Source: the human T2T-CHM13v2.0 reference genome, Homo sapiens. Taken from it: a DNA stretch of 64,000 nt. The notes beneath the pieces were generated by a model. The model was not told the origin of the DNA, ran no database searches, and saw only the letters and a program-made list of their open reading frames with translations. The translations under genes and the position numbers were made by a program. The DNA is taken from assembly GCF_009914755.1 (NCBI RefSeq), contig NC_060935.1; one strand, given 5' to 3'. Numbering within the stretch: the stretch's first letter is position 1; each line of letters opens with the position of its first letter. This document shows positions 16,757 through 30,000 of this stretch, one piece after another.

Positions 16757-17688
16757 ATGGGAACAAGTAATAATGTTACAGAATTTGTCCTCCCAGGCCT
16801 CTCTCAGGATCCTGATGTGCAAAAAGCATTATTTGTAATGTTTTTACTCACATACAATGTGACTATGGTGGGCAACCTTCTCATTGTGGTGACCATTATT
16901 GCCATCGCCTCCTTGGACTCCCCAGTGTCCTTCTTCCTCGCATGCCTGTCATTTATTGATGCTGTATATTCCACTTCCTTTTCCCCTAAGTTGATGATAG
17001 ACTTACTCTGTGATAAAAAAGACTGTTTCTTTCCTGGCTTGCATGGGCCAGCTATTTATAAACTACCCATTTGGTGGTATTGAGGTCTTTCTTTTGGTGG
17101 GTATGGCCTGTGATCACTATGTGGACATCTGTAAGCTACTGCACTATTTGACCATCATGAACTGGCAGGTTTGCATCCTCCTGTTTATGGTGGCTGTGAC
17201 TGGAGGTTTTTGCATTCTATGTTTCAAATTGTTGTTGTGTACAGTCTCCCTTTCTGTGGCCCCAATGTCATTGACCATTTTGTGACATGTACCCATTATT
17301 GGAAATGGTGTGCACTGACACTTACTTTATAGGCCTCACTGTGATTGCCAATGGTGGAGCAGTCTGTATGGTCATCTTCATCCTTCTACTAATCTCCTAT
17401 GGAGTCATCCTAAACTCCCTTAAAACTTATAGTCAGGAAGGCGGGCATAAAGCCCTGTCTACCTGCAGCTCCAACATTACTGTTGTGTCCCCTTTTTTGA
17501 TCCCTGTATTTTCATCTATGTTAGACCTGATTCAAACTTTCCTATTGATAAATTAATGACTGTGTTTTATACAATTATCACACCCATGTTGAATCCATTA
17601 ATATACACACTGAGAAATTTAGAGGTGAGAATTGCTGTGAAAAAACTCTGGTGTAAAAACTAAACTATAGTAAGAATAAGGGTGTTGT
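16757..17688 (+). pseudogene. OR4A17P: Olfactory receptor OR4A-subfamily pseudogene (type B)
   Basis: Motifs [37 protein letters not shown] and PMLNPLIY. Frameshifts near 17015-17020 (+1), 17210 (-1) and 17280. TAA at 17661. Alu in the last codons. Symbol is from recalled gene order only. Confidence 0.9.
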
Positions 17689-17981
17689 GGCTGGGTGCAG
17701 TGGCTCACACCTGTAATCCTAGTACTTTGAGAGGCCGAAGCAGGTGGATCATGAGGGCAGGAGTTTGAGACCACCCTCTCCAATATGGTGAAACACCATT
17801 TCTACTAAAAAATACAAAAATTAGCTGGGCGTGGTGGCACGTGCCTGTAGTCCCAGCTACTCACGAGGCTAGGGAGTAGAGTCACTTGAACCCAGGAGGT
17901 GGAGGTTGCAGTGAGCCAAGATCGTGCCACGGCACTCTAGCCTGGGTGACAGAGTGAGACACCATCTCAAAAAAAACAAAA
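17689..17981 (+). mobile_element. AluS (Sg/Sc-like), shared with the paralog at 50860
   Basis: Full dimeric Alu with CpG decay. Degraded TSD AATAAGGGTGTT/GATACGGGTGTT. Confidence 0.92.
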
Positions 17982-20689
17982 TGGATACGGGTGTTCCTTT
18001 TCTTTTAGTAGAGGTATAAGTAAATGACATATTTGCTGTGATACTGTTAGACGTCTAAGGACAATTCAGGTATACTAGGTTGGGAAGGCAGGATTTAGAA
18101 TCTCCCTTCTCAAAGAGATGTTATCTCACCATGGCATCTGTTTGAATGTTCAAGATCTCAAATTCTATATCTAGAATGAGTGTGGATGGGTTCCATGGGT
18201 AGAGTTTCTATTGTGCACTTTTTAAATTATGGTTTTTCTGTATTTACAGATCTATTGAGACAGGGAATTTATTCCACATGCCCAGCATGCAATGGGGAAA
18301 GAGAGGTCTAGGCAATTAAAATAGGTGCTTCTGTTCACAAGGGAAGGCGATGGTGCTTTCTTCAGTGTGATTTACTTGAAGACTTTGTAGAATATATAAG
18401 CACCATACTCACACATATCTTTGAAACTGGAAATGTATAATTGCATTCATACCACTGAGTAACAGGAGTGGAAACCTCTGTGAAAGGTTCCTTTTGTTCT
18501 GAAAGTTATGCTTATGAATATGAGCTGCCTCCTAAATATGTTTCTATACATACTATTTCCATTTTATTAAGATATTTTGTTACACTATGCCCTTAATGAC
18601 ATTAGGTTGTGTCTCTCTGAAATCCCAAAAACTTATCAGTAGTTGCCTTTCCAATGGGCTTCCTCTGGACACTCTGTCAGGAATTATTGAAACCCAGATT
18701 CCAATAATCATCACAGGGTGGCAGGAGTAGCTTTCTGCTAGAGTCTCCAGTCTGCATATGTTCATAGATATATATATAAAATTCTAAAAATGACTGTGCA
18801 TTAAGGTTCTTGGGTCTAATGGCATTGCTTGAGTAACTTCCCATTATGAGACTTCCAGAGCCCTTGTCATTTATTTCTTACCACTGTATGTTGGAGATCT
18901 AGTGGTATAATTGCTAAGGTCTGTGAAATGTCTCTGATGGTCACGAACTATGCTGTTCCCAGAATCTTGCATGATTAGTCTATGCTCTGTTTGTTGACTA
19001 GACTGATCAATCACATTTGAACACTAATATTTACTGTAGTCTCCACACTTTTCCACATTGCTTATTCTGAGGAAGAAACTACTACAATATTATCATAGTA
19101 ATGAATTAATTTATTTCAGTTATGTTCATGTCTAAGTTTCATTTCACCAAATTATGGCATTATGCTAAGAATATATCTTTGGGGAAAACGGAAACCATAT
19201 GTTGCATTTCTGTCCACAAAAGCAAACTATTCTGGATATTCTTTTAATCCTAAAAGTTGATCTGGAAGCCCAAAGATATAAGATTTGTAATTAAAATTTT
19301 GAAAGACTAATGAATCATTCTGAATAAGACAGGTTACAATTTTATAACAATTAAAATAATATGGTGCTGTTTGAAATATAAAGTACATGAAAGTACTTGT
19401 AAATTAAAACCATTCCATAAACACATTTAAAATGAAGCTGTTTCAGTTAGCATGTTTTTGATTCAAATGATAGAACATTGAATTCAAACTTTTTTGAAAT
19501 ATAACAATATTGATTGGTTAGCATAATTGCACTGCGCAATATTGTGAAAATATTCAAGGTGAGTTGATAAAATGGACCAATTATGTTTTTAAAGAACACT
19601 TTTCTTTGTTTATTTTGTCCCATGAGTCACAATATTGGATTAAATCTGGCTCTCCTATCACAAGAAGGATGGCTATCTGTATTGATTTAGAGAGCGCTCT
19701 TCTCACAACTGTGGCAGAGGTAATTGACCTGATTGTGATGTGGAATGGAGATGTTATAACACAATGGTTGCAAGAAATAATACTTTTTTCTTTCTAGTTG
19801 ACTTACTTGAGCACATCTTGACATTTCCTTTTCCAATAGTGATAATAAATGAGAAAGTGCAGGAGTCCTTTCCTGAATGGGTATAATGAACAGGGACGAG
19901 ACATTTTGAGGATGAAAGTATGGACTATCCCATTCAATAAGTTATAGATCTGCAGAGATGCTAGCGGAAGGTGAAACGGGAAAAAATTGATAAGGAAGAA
20001 GTTGGTAAATAGCAGTTGCATCTCTGAGATCAGCTGCAGTTGCAAGAGACATAGTTTGTCATGGAACCTTTCTCTTCTAGCTCCCCTCAAGTAAGAGAAT
20101 CCTAAAGGAGCTCTTCTGATAATGTATAAGAATATATAAATTCAAGTGGCATAAGGGCTATATTATGGTCTATATGAAGAGGCTCTGCCTTGCCCTTCAT
20201 TTAGGAAAGAAGAATTTATTTTTCCAGTTGTTGGGTGTTCTGTTAGTAGACAGCATTCAGATGATAGCCCCTTCAGTGTCTTAAACATTGCAGAAATCCA
20301 CCTCAATAAAGGACTCATGCCCTTTCTCAGAGCAGTCCCTCTTTGCATCCAGGTTAATATTTAGGTTCAGGTAAACTTATAGCACAAGCAGGAAATATGA
20401 TCCTTTTCTAGAAGAAAATAATTAATTTTGTTAAAAATTACGAATCTAGATAATTTAAATGACAATAATCATAGGAACATGTAGAATTGGATCTTGTGTA
20501 TATTGAAATGGAGAAGGACATTGATTAGGCTGCATGGGGAATGTTTATCAGTGTGAAGATAATCTGTCATCAATATATGTGGCACAAGGTTTATGTTGAC
20601 TAAAATTACTGAGCACTTACTGTGTGTCAAACATATAGAAGAAAGCATTCCAAGTGTTTAGGGTGGTATGTTCAGGTGTCACCATGACT

Positions 20690-21500
20690 CACCCTTTAGG
20701 AGGCCATTCCAATGTTCTATCTAGACAACAGCTTCTAGGTGATGGGAAATTTGCTGATAGCGCTGAATTCTATGGTGGTGAGTGATTTGCTGTACTTTAT
20801 TCATTAGAAAAGATATCCCCTGGTCAGAAATGACAATGATTATGATAGCATGGCAGTGGATCCTTTCCCATGAATAATAAATAAGACTAAAGTACTGGGA
20901 CAATCATATAACCAGAATATATAATATAATGTCCAGGTGCTGTCTTCACCACATTGAGATTTGCAACGAAGTAAGCTGGCAGAGGGATGTTGGCTGGTTT
21001 CCCTAGCTATTTGTGCCACATTAGGGAGTCAATGATGGACATTGCTGATGGCATTTTGGACCTTGAGCACTGACAGTAGCTAGAGCAGCCATGGTGAAGG
21101 GCAGATTTTATTCTTTGAGCCCTTGTAAAGTATTCGTCTCTGCCACAGTGACTACAAAGGTGACTAGAAAAAAAAAAAAAAAAAAAGCCTGACTGACATC
21201 CAAAATATAGTTCATGTTGCTGACCAGATTTCTGCAAGCCTCCTCTGCAGCAGATTTTCTTTGACAGGCATTTAAGTGGAAACTAACTGTTGCATTTGTG
21301 CTCAGTCTGGGATATCCATACCACTCCAACTGCTTTGTAATCTTTTTTCCAGTTTTAAATTTCAATTTCCTCAATATCTTATCAAATCCGTTAGCCACGT
21401 TTCTGAATCTTTGTGGACCCATAACTCAGGCCATTTCTCTTTCCACATGAAATGGAAAACCTAACATAATCCTCAAAATACTGCTCACCGGGATGCTTTT
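20690..21500 (-). mobile_element. Ancient ERV-L-class internal remnant (RNase H/integrase region); paralog about 53870-54680
   Basis: Minus-strand peptides ISDQG, HHLEAVV.IEHWNGL and SHINAYQRESTAEEACRN resemble ERV-L pol motifs SDQG, HHPEAAGLIERWNGL and SHVSAHQR..SAEE.FNN. Many stops and frameshifts. Confidence 0.7.
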
Positions 21501-21669
21501 CCTTTACTTCATTGCTTCAGTACCACCTTCCAGGGAGAGTACTGTGCAGCATTTGTCCAGTTTCACCTGCTTTTGCCATAGCAAGCAGATTGGTAAAGTC
21601 TTTTGTTGTTTTCTTTCAAGCATAGTTTGTTTTGTTGATTTTAGTGTTACTATGGTATACTTCACAAAT

Positions 21670-22700
21670 ATTTTATGCACTTAAAGTGTACAATATGATG
21701 TTTGATATATGTATACATTGTGAAGTGATTAACACTATGTAGCTAGTTAATATATCGATTATCTCACAGTTACCTTTATTTGTGATAAGAGAATTTAAGG
21801 TATATTCTCTTAGCAAATTTCATGTATCCAATATGTATTACTAATTATGATCAACACGCTGTACCTGAGCTCTTCAGAATTTATACATACTGCATAACTG
21901 AAACTTTGTAACCTTTGGCCAGCAATCCTCATTTTCTTCAGACCCAGTCCCTGGAAACCACCATTCTAGTCTCTGTCTTTCGTGAGTTTGACTTTTTTTA
22001 GATTGCACTCATAAGTGAATCATGTGGCATTTATGTTTCAGTAGAAAAAAGAACTCTTGTGCAGTATTGTTGGAAATGTGAATTGCTGTGGCCATTATAG
22101 GGAACTCTATGGAGGTTCCTCATAGAATTATAATTAAAAATATCATCTAGCAATATGACTTCTTGTAATATATGTAAAGGAAATGAAATTAATATCTTGA
22201 ATGCCTGCACTTCCATGTATAGTGGAACATTATTCATAGTAGTCAAAATATGAAAACAAAAGTTCATCAAAGATGAATTGGTAAAGACAATACATATCCA
22301 GTGTGGAATGATATATATGTATCTGTATGCCTAATATGATATTATTAATTATAGTCCATTCTGTACCTTAGATTACTAGAGTGTATTCATTCTGTATAGC
22401 TCACAATTTGTGTCCTATGTGTAATACAGTATTATGCAATAAATATATATATAACCCAACATTATTCAACCTTAAAAAAGAGGAAGATCCTGCCATTTTT
22501 GACCATGTCTACGGACCTGGAGGACTTTAATAACTTCATTATTTTATTTCACTTTTAATTAATGAATAATAATATTATGTATGCATAGGTTACCATGTGA
22601 TGTTTTGAGATCACTTGCAATAATATTGATGAACCTGGAGCGCATTTTGCTACGTGAAATGAGTTCTTGAATGAACATTTAGTGTGTTAGTTTTACAGTC
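21670..22700. mobile_element. Patchwork of old L1M 3' fragments in both orientations; paralog about 54860-55870
   Basis: L1M 3' UTR motifs (GTGTACAATATGATGTTTGATATATGTATAC, CCCTGGAAACCACCATTCTA, GATGAACCTGGAG). Boundaries approximate. Confidence 0.6.
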
Positions 22701-22884
22701 TTTATTATTTTCTAATTAAGAACTAAGATTTTGGCTGACTTTGAGGAGCTTTGGTAGGTTGTATTTTTATAAACATTAGGCTCAAAAAAATTTCTAATTT
22801 CCGTTATAATTTATTTTACCAAAAGCTTGTTAAAAAGTAATTTATTTAATTTTCAAATATGCAGAAATTTCTGGATAATTTCAT

Positions 22885-23240
22885 TTTTTATTTTTTCATA
22901 AATTATTGGGGTATAGGTGGTACAGGTGGTATTTGGTTATGTGAGTAGTTTCTTTAGTGGTGATTTGTGAGATTTTTGTACACTATCCACACAACTATAT
23001 TGGTTGTGTTTTATTCCTTGCCCTCCTCCCACTCTTCGCCCCAAGTCCTCAAAGTCCATTGTACTATTCTCACGCCTTTGCATCCTGATAGCTTAGTTCT
23101 CACATATCAGTGAGAACATAGAATGTTTGGTTTTCCATTCCTGAGTTACTTCACCTAGAATAATAGTCTCCAGTCGCACCCAGGCCACATCAAATGCTGT
23201 TAATTCATTCCATTTTATGGCTGAGTAGTATTCCATCATA
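22885..23240 (-). mobile_element. L1PB-like 3' end, cut off at the TA tract
   Basis: CCCCAAGTCCTCAAAGTCCATTG...GTGAGAACATAGAATGTTTGGTTTTCCATTCCTGAGTTACTTCAC. The paralog at 56090 continues beyond the TA tract; this copy does not. Confidence 0.75.
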
Positions 23241-23335
23241 TATATATATATATAATATATATATATATATAAATATATATTATCTATCTACCTACATACC
23301 TATCATTTATCTTATCTACACACACACACACATAT
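23238..23335. repeat. Compound microsatellite (TA)n/(TATC)n/(CA)n
   Basis: Read directly from the sequence. Confidence 0.9.
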
Positions 23336-24924
23336 ACGTACATAAAATATGGTATTATTAACTACAGACCTCATGCTGTACCTTACATCACCAGTACTTC
23401 TACATCCAACATAAATAAAAATTTGTATCATTTGCCCTTTGTGTCTGTATATATAATGCAATAATATTTCATAATAGAATATTATTCAACCCTTCAAAAG
23501 AACATTCTGTCATTTTTGACAACATGAATTAACCTGGAGGTCTTAATAACCTCTCTGTTTTTTTTTGTTTTTAATTGACAAACAGTAATTGTATGTATTT
23601 GTGGGGTACACTGTGAGGTTTTTATGTCATATGCAATAACACAAACGTACCTAGAGGACATTATGCTAAGTGGAATGATTTCTTAAATAGATATTTAGTG
23701 CTCTGATTTTCAGTCTTTATTATTTTCTAGCAAATACAAGTAATATTTTAGATGAGTCTTACAAGATTTGCTATGTTGTGTTTTCATTATCATTAGGTTT
23801 AAAGTATTTTCTAACTTCTGTAATTTATTTTTACTAATGGATAATTTGGAACTGGATTGTTTAATTTTGAGATATACAGAAAATGTCTGGCTAATTTAGG
23901 TTTTTATTTTCTAGCTGATTTTCTTGATGTTCAGTCACATATTTTATTATTATAATATTTTGAAATCCATTGATAATTGCTTTATGAACCAGCATATGAT
24001 TGGTTTTGGAAAATGTTTCATATGCACTTAAAAAGAATGTGTATTTTGCAGCTGTTGGATGTGGTGGACTCTTATGTCAATGGGTCAAATTTATTAATTA
24101 TTTTCCTGTATTATTGCTGATTTGCCTATTTCTTCTTTTAGTTCAATCTATTATTAAAAAATAACTTAAAAAGTGTTATTTTTAGGTACACAAAAATTTA
24201 AAATTTTATCTTCATGTTACTAATCCTTTGCCATTACAAAAGTCTATTTCTGGCAATATTTCTTTCCTTGAAGTCCAGTGTTGTCTGCTATTAGCATAGA
24301 AACAGTGTTCTTTTGGTCAGTTTATGAGTTTATTTTATTATTTTATTTTTATCTTTTAATCCTGTTATTTAAGATGTTTCTCTTATAAGAGTCTTAACAT
24401 TGTGTTCTATTTCTTAAATAGGAGAAATTTGCTGATTAAAAAATTAATTATATGCTAGATATAAATCCAACATAAATAAAAATGTGTATATTTTGCCGTT
24501 TGTGTTTGTATATATAATGCAATAATATTTCATAATAGAATATATTGTGTTTTATTCAATACCAATTATATATTGCATTTGGATTTAAATCCAACATATA
24601 TTTAATTCCCTTGGTTTTGTATTTATTAATGTTACATATGATTAATATTCATTTTATTTATTCCTGTATTTCTTGTTTCAATTAGTTTTCCTTTTTTCTT
24701 GCATTTTCTTTTTTTCTATTTCAAAGCTTTTTTCTTCTTCCCTGAGATCAGTTTTTTTAGAGCTCTTATTCTGTGGTTTTTGGCTGGTTCTAGAATCTCT
24801 TAAGTACGTTTTTAAATCAGAAAACTCTGCATTTTACATTGACTTCTGTGAGATTTTGAATGGATTCTATGTTGACATTAATATTCATTTAGCACTGTGA
24901 AGGTGTATTTCCTTAGTCTTCTAG

Positions 24925-25170
24925 TTTTCTTTTATTTTTATTATTTTACTTTAAGTTCTAGGGTACATGTGCACAACGTGCAGGTTTGTTACATAGGTAT
25001 ACATGTGCCATGTTGGTTTGCTGCACCCGTTAACTCGTCATTTACATTAGGTGTATCTCCTAATGTTATCCCTCCCCCCACCATCCGGCAGGCCCCGGTG
25101 CGCGATGTTCCGCACCCTGTGTCCATGTGTTCTCATTGTTCAATTGCCACCTATGAGTGAGAACATGAGG
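24925..25170 (-). mobile_element. L1PA7/8-like 3' UTR fragment
   Basis: T-rich tail followed by TACTTTAAGTTCTAGGGTACATGTGCACAACGTGCAGGTTTGTTACATAGG...CTATGAGTGAGAACATG. Confidence 0.88.
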
Positions 25171-25214
25171 GGTTTTCACTGCTTCTTTTAAGAAATTGTC
25201 TGTTATCATAGTAT

Positions 25215-25528
25215 TTTATTTTCTTTCTTTTTTTTTTCTTTTTTCTTTGAGAGAGGGTCTGGAATCTGTCCTCCAGGCTGGAATGCAATGGTGCCATCTT
25301 GGCTCACTGCAACCTCCGCCTCCAGGTTCAAGCAATTCTCATGCATCAGCCTCCCAAGTAGCTGGGATTACAGGCACCAGCCACCACACTCATTTAATTT
25401 TGTATTTTTAGTAGAGACGGGATTTCTCCATGTTGGTCACGCTGGTCTCAAACTCCTGACCTCAAATGACCCACCTGCCTCGGCCTCCCAATATACTAGG
25501 ATTACAGGCATGAGGTACTGCACCTGGC
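25215..25528 (-). mobile_element. AluS (Sx/Sz-like)
   Basis: Poly-T followed by antisense Alu dimer (GGCTCACTGCAACCTCCGCCTCC...TTTTTAGTAGAGACGGG...GGATTACAGGCATGAG). Confidence 0.92.
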
Positions 25529-26539
25529 TTTATTATTATTTCCTTGAATTCAGTATGTTCTTAAAATTTTTGTCTGTATTTTGCTTTTATTCTGCTGTCC
25601 CTTTTCTGTTTATCCTTTTTAAACAAATTATTTTTTAAAATTCATTTTCATGAAACTTTTAACACCTTATACATTCATAACAATATTTTCAGTAGTTTTA
25701 GAGAATTTTCAGCTATTATTTTTCTCTTCTTTTTCTAAAATCGTAATTAAAAGTATGGCGGAGTTTTGTACTGCATCCTTTATATCTCTTTTATTCTATT
25801 TTCTTCATTGGCTTTTTTTGTTCTCTGATTTGGTCTGCATATTTTCTCCTAGTATTTCTTGCAATTTACTAATTCTCTAATTTTTTGTCTCTAATTTGCT
25901 GTTAAATTCAATCATTGAGTTTTTGATTCATCATTGTATATTTTAGTTTTCAATTCATTTGGTTTATTTTATTATCTCTCTTGTGTTTTGATATTTGTAC
26001 ATACTAAGTTTATCTAAAAATGCTTATTTTTCATTATTTGGATCATCTATGTTTGTTTTTATTGCACTTCCCATCAATCAGGTCATGTGTTCTATACTTT
26101 GTTACTTTTTTTGATTTCCAATTTTGCATATGGAATGTAAAAAAGGCAATTCAAGAATTTTTTTGGATCTTTTTTAACAGGGAATTTCCTATGTTTCTAC
26201 TTGAGAGTTGGAATTGGAGAAGTAAAATAATCCCAGATCATCTTAAATCAATCAAGAAATTAGATAATGCAAGTTGGACTTCAGTTCCTTTGAGGACTGC
26301 ACCTATGTCTGTGCATTCCTACTCCAAGAGTAAATCCCCTTGCGGTCTCAAATGAAAGCCTTGTTGTTTACAAAGGACTTTTTTCTTTGGTAGACCTTCA
26401 ATTTTTACATGTTTTCACTTAGGGTAATGCATCTACAGAAATTTTCCCCCAGCTTTTTAGGCTATCATTTATGGCTTTTAGAATTATTTCATAGTTTTAG
26501 AGAAAAGAGACTCCAAATGCGAGGTTCTGCTCTCTAGCT

Positions 26540-26655
26540 TTCTTTCTCTTTTTTGAGACAAGGTCTTGCTATTTTGACCAAGCTGGACTCAAACTCCTGG
26601 GGTCCAGGGATTCTCCCACCTCAGTCTTAAAAATAGCTGGGACTACATAACATGC
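26540..26655 (-). mobile_element. Alu monomer fragment (FLAM/AluJ-like)
   Basis: TTTTTGAGACAAGGTCTTGCT...AAACTCCTGGG...CTCCCACCTCAG...GCTGGGACTACA. Confidence 0.7.
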
Positions 26656-27005
26656 TGATTGGTTTGGCTATGTCCCCACCCAAAACTCATTTTCAATTGT
26701 AATCCCCATAATCCCTATGTGTCCTGGGAGGGACCAGGTGGGAGGTAATTGAATCGTGGGGGCAGTTTCCACATGCTGCTCTGATGATCTTGAGCAAGTT
26801 CTCATGAGTTCTGATGGTTTTATAAGTGTCTGGCATTTCCTCGGCTGGCACTCATTCTCTCTCCTCCTGCCCTGTGAAGAGGCATGAATGTAAGTTACCT
26901 GAGGACCCCTGGCCATGCAGAACTGTGATTCAATTGAACTTCTTTTCTTTATAAATTACCAGTCTCGAGTATTTCCTTATAGCAACGTGAGAATGGACTA
27001 ATACA
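26656..27005 (+). mobile_element. THE1D/MSTA-type MaLR solo LTR
   Basis: TGATTGGTTTGGCTATGTCCCCACCCAAA...GAGAATGGACTAATACA. TSD CATGC/TATGC. Confidence 0.9.
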
Positions 27006-30000
27006 TATGCATTTCTCCTTTTATAAAGAAATATACATTGTATCTATATTTAACATTCTAATTTGGTAATAGATAGGGACTGCAGAGAATTACTATTGAC
27101 TATGGGATATTTTTGGCAATTTCTATGTTAGTTGATATTTTTGATGTATTTTTTATTATTGGAGCTAATTAATTCAGATTCTGGGCTGTTGTAGGCATCA
27201 TCTGATCTAACAAATATTTTTGTGTCATTTAGAAAAGTGGAAAGCACTAGTAGGTATTTGAATTCAGCTAGAAGGGGCATAGAGAATTATGGCTTATTTT
27301 TATATTATTTCTCTATCTTGGAGTCATAATTTAATCCACAGTATCTCTGATCATATCTGATAGCTCTTCATAATTAAAGATATGTTTGTGCATCTTTTAC
27401 CACTTACCAATAAGAGAGCACTGTGATTATGGACATGCTCTTCTAATTTTTGAAGTGACATGTATTACATTTGGTGTGAATTAATTTAATCCATTTATTA
27501 CATAAATTGAAAATGACAAACTTTTAGTGAGCTCGTTACATGATAAAGACCTTAGCTGGTTCAGATAAGTATTTATGGGACTCTTTCTCTAAGGCTCTTA
27601 TGACCCAGAAGATCTGATATTTAACTAAACGTATGCTGAGATGAAGGTGTTCAATGAAGCCAATGGTAAGCCAAGTAATGAATATAGCAGTGGAAGCTCT
27701 TAAGTACTGCTCCCTATTGCCAAAAAAAAATTCTTTATTGAAGAAACAGTTACTGAATTGATACTAGAATAAAATTAAAGGATTGAATTAATGGACTACA
27801 GATTATTATAATTATATCTGACATTGATTCAGGTCTTGAACAAAAGTCTGTATTTTAACTTAAAACTGCAGAACTGTGATTACCTACCTTTCAAAGAATC
27901 AGAATGTCAACTTTTGTTCTTAGTCTCTGTGCCTCTGAGGCTCAAGGCTCATTGGGTTGTGCTTTCTAACAGGAAGGGTAAGGCCCTCCTTGCTGTGAAA
28001 ATGCTTAGGGAAGAGAACTTGGGACTGCTTCTCCCTTTATTCTGGCTGAAGTATTACTTGCCTTACTTCAGTATTTCATAATATGACACTGATAATTTAT
28101 TATTCAATTTACTTTAGAATTTTTCTTTGCACATGAAAGGCTTTTGACTTTACTTGGCATTTAGCTACTCTTCCTTGATGAGACACAAGTCTTTTTCCTC
28201 TAGGGATTTTCTAAGGGGAATAAAAGTTTTCAGAGAGATTACTTCATGTGAATTTATTCCAAATATTTGAATTAACTAACCTATAATAACCTTACTGTCT
28301 CTTTTATTTAAAACAGTGATGATGTAAAAGTCATAGATTGTGTCTACACATAATTATTTTCCTGATGGAATAGCCCAAGAGATATCTGAAGAGTTAAATT
28401 TCTGCCCAAGGTAGAGTATGTCTTCAGTTGGTATCAAGTCCTCTAGGTGTGATATTTTCTTGTCATATCCTCCATTTCTTATAAAAATTTGTGGAAGTTA
28501 TAAGTTTACTAGGATGAGGTGGGGGAGATATAGGGACATTTTTGATTAGAAAATATGTGGACTTAGAGGTATGCTATTTGGATGATACTTGAATGACTGA
28601 AAGACTGAAGAGTTTAGATTCTGCCTGTAAGAAAGCTCTATCATTGATTATTTCCATGAAGTTAAATTTCAGCATTGTCCTTGTTAGGTACAAAGTGTAA
28701 TACCTGGGCAGATGAATGTTATCATAAATACTCAATCACAGTAAAGTACTTATGGTTGCTTTGCCATAATTGAGATAAGTTTCACGTAACAAATTTTAAT
28801 GTTGGTAAATTTTTGTTTTACTTGTGTTACAAATTAGGGGATTTTCCAGGTTAATTTCCACTAATTAGGTGAATTTTTGCATAGTTATGAAAAGACAGTG
28901 TCTTTGTTTTTCTATGAAGAATTTTTCCAGCAGGTAAGAATATTTAACTACTTTTCTACATTGTTTCAGCTTCTTCATATTTCGATCATCTGCTTTGGAT
29001 GGTGCCAAGCAGCTCTAATGACTAAGATAATGAGAAGCCTGTGTGTAACTGTGGAAACTGTAGTCTCTAGGCACTATTTCTATCCATGGATCAGCCATCC
29101 ATATCCATGTGTTTTAGGATCACATATACATGCCTGAGGTAGCTTCATTAACATTTAGTGAAAGAAGCTTTGCTTTTCTGGACCACGATGTGAGTATTTG
29201 AAACCACTGACAAGAGATATTCATTGAAAATTCATGTGACATGTTGAAATGTGGCTAATGTCTTAAATACCATATGATTTTGTTGAAGGTATTCTAATTG
29301 GGAAAGTTAAGCTAGCAAACATGAAAATTTTTTGGAATATACAATTTATAGTTGGTTTTAATATATGGCTTATATTTTCCTTTTCTCTTTGCCAAATAAT
29401 AAAAACATGTTCCATATTACATGTACAATAAACCAATGGATTTATAATCTTCATTTATGGGATGTTATATTTTATATGATTTATTAATAAATGTGTACAA
29501 TCACTTTCAGCTATATTTCATTAGAGAGTTTAAAATTGCAGATCATTTCAAGTGTGTTAGAGTGTGAAGGAAGCAATGCCTGTTATGTGGATTTTTACTT
29601 ATGAATCCAAAAATAATCCTAGCAAACATACTCATAAATATATATGCTCAGGAAAGTACCTAGTCCACTGTCATTTAAATAGATTCATAAAACTGTGACT
29701 GTGAAATAAATATTATAGAGGTTTTTTTTTTGTTTTTATGACATTCTATCTTTTGAAAATGTCATGTTCTTAGGAAACTATGTTAAATCTTTTTTTCTAG
29801 AAAAATGTTAACTTAGCAGTTTACATTGAAAACCTAGTAATGCTATCTTTCAGTTTCTAAAGTATTCTATTTTTAATTACTTAAATTCTAGAGGATAGTT
29901 TACAGACCCTATTTTTTACAAGTAAACATTTAAATTGCCAAAAGAATTATCCTGTTGAAATCTAGTTCTGATGATGAAATAGGGAAAAGTCACTAAACCT

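Noticed and set aside
19564-19797. 77-78 aa ORF conserved in both duplicates (also 52750-52986); likewise 12091-12366 and 45980-46240
   Set aside because: Similarity follows from DNA duplication. The first pair starts at TTG, the second runs into poly-T low complexity, and neither resembles a protein family.
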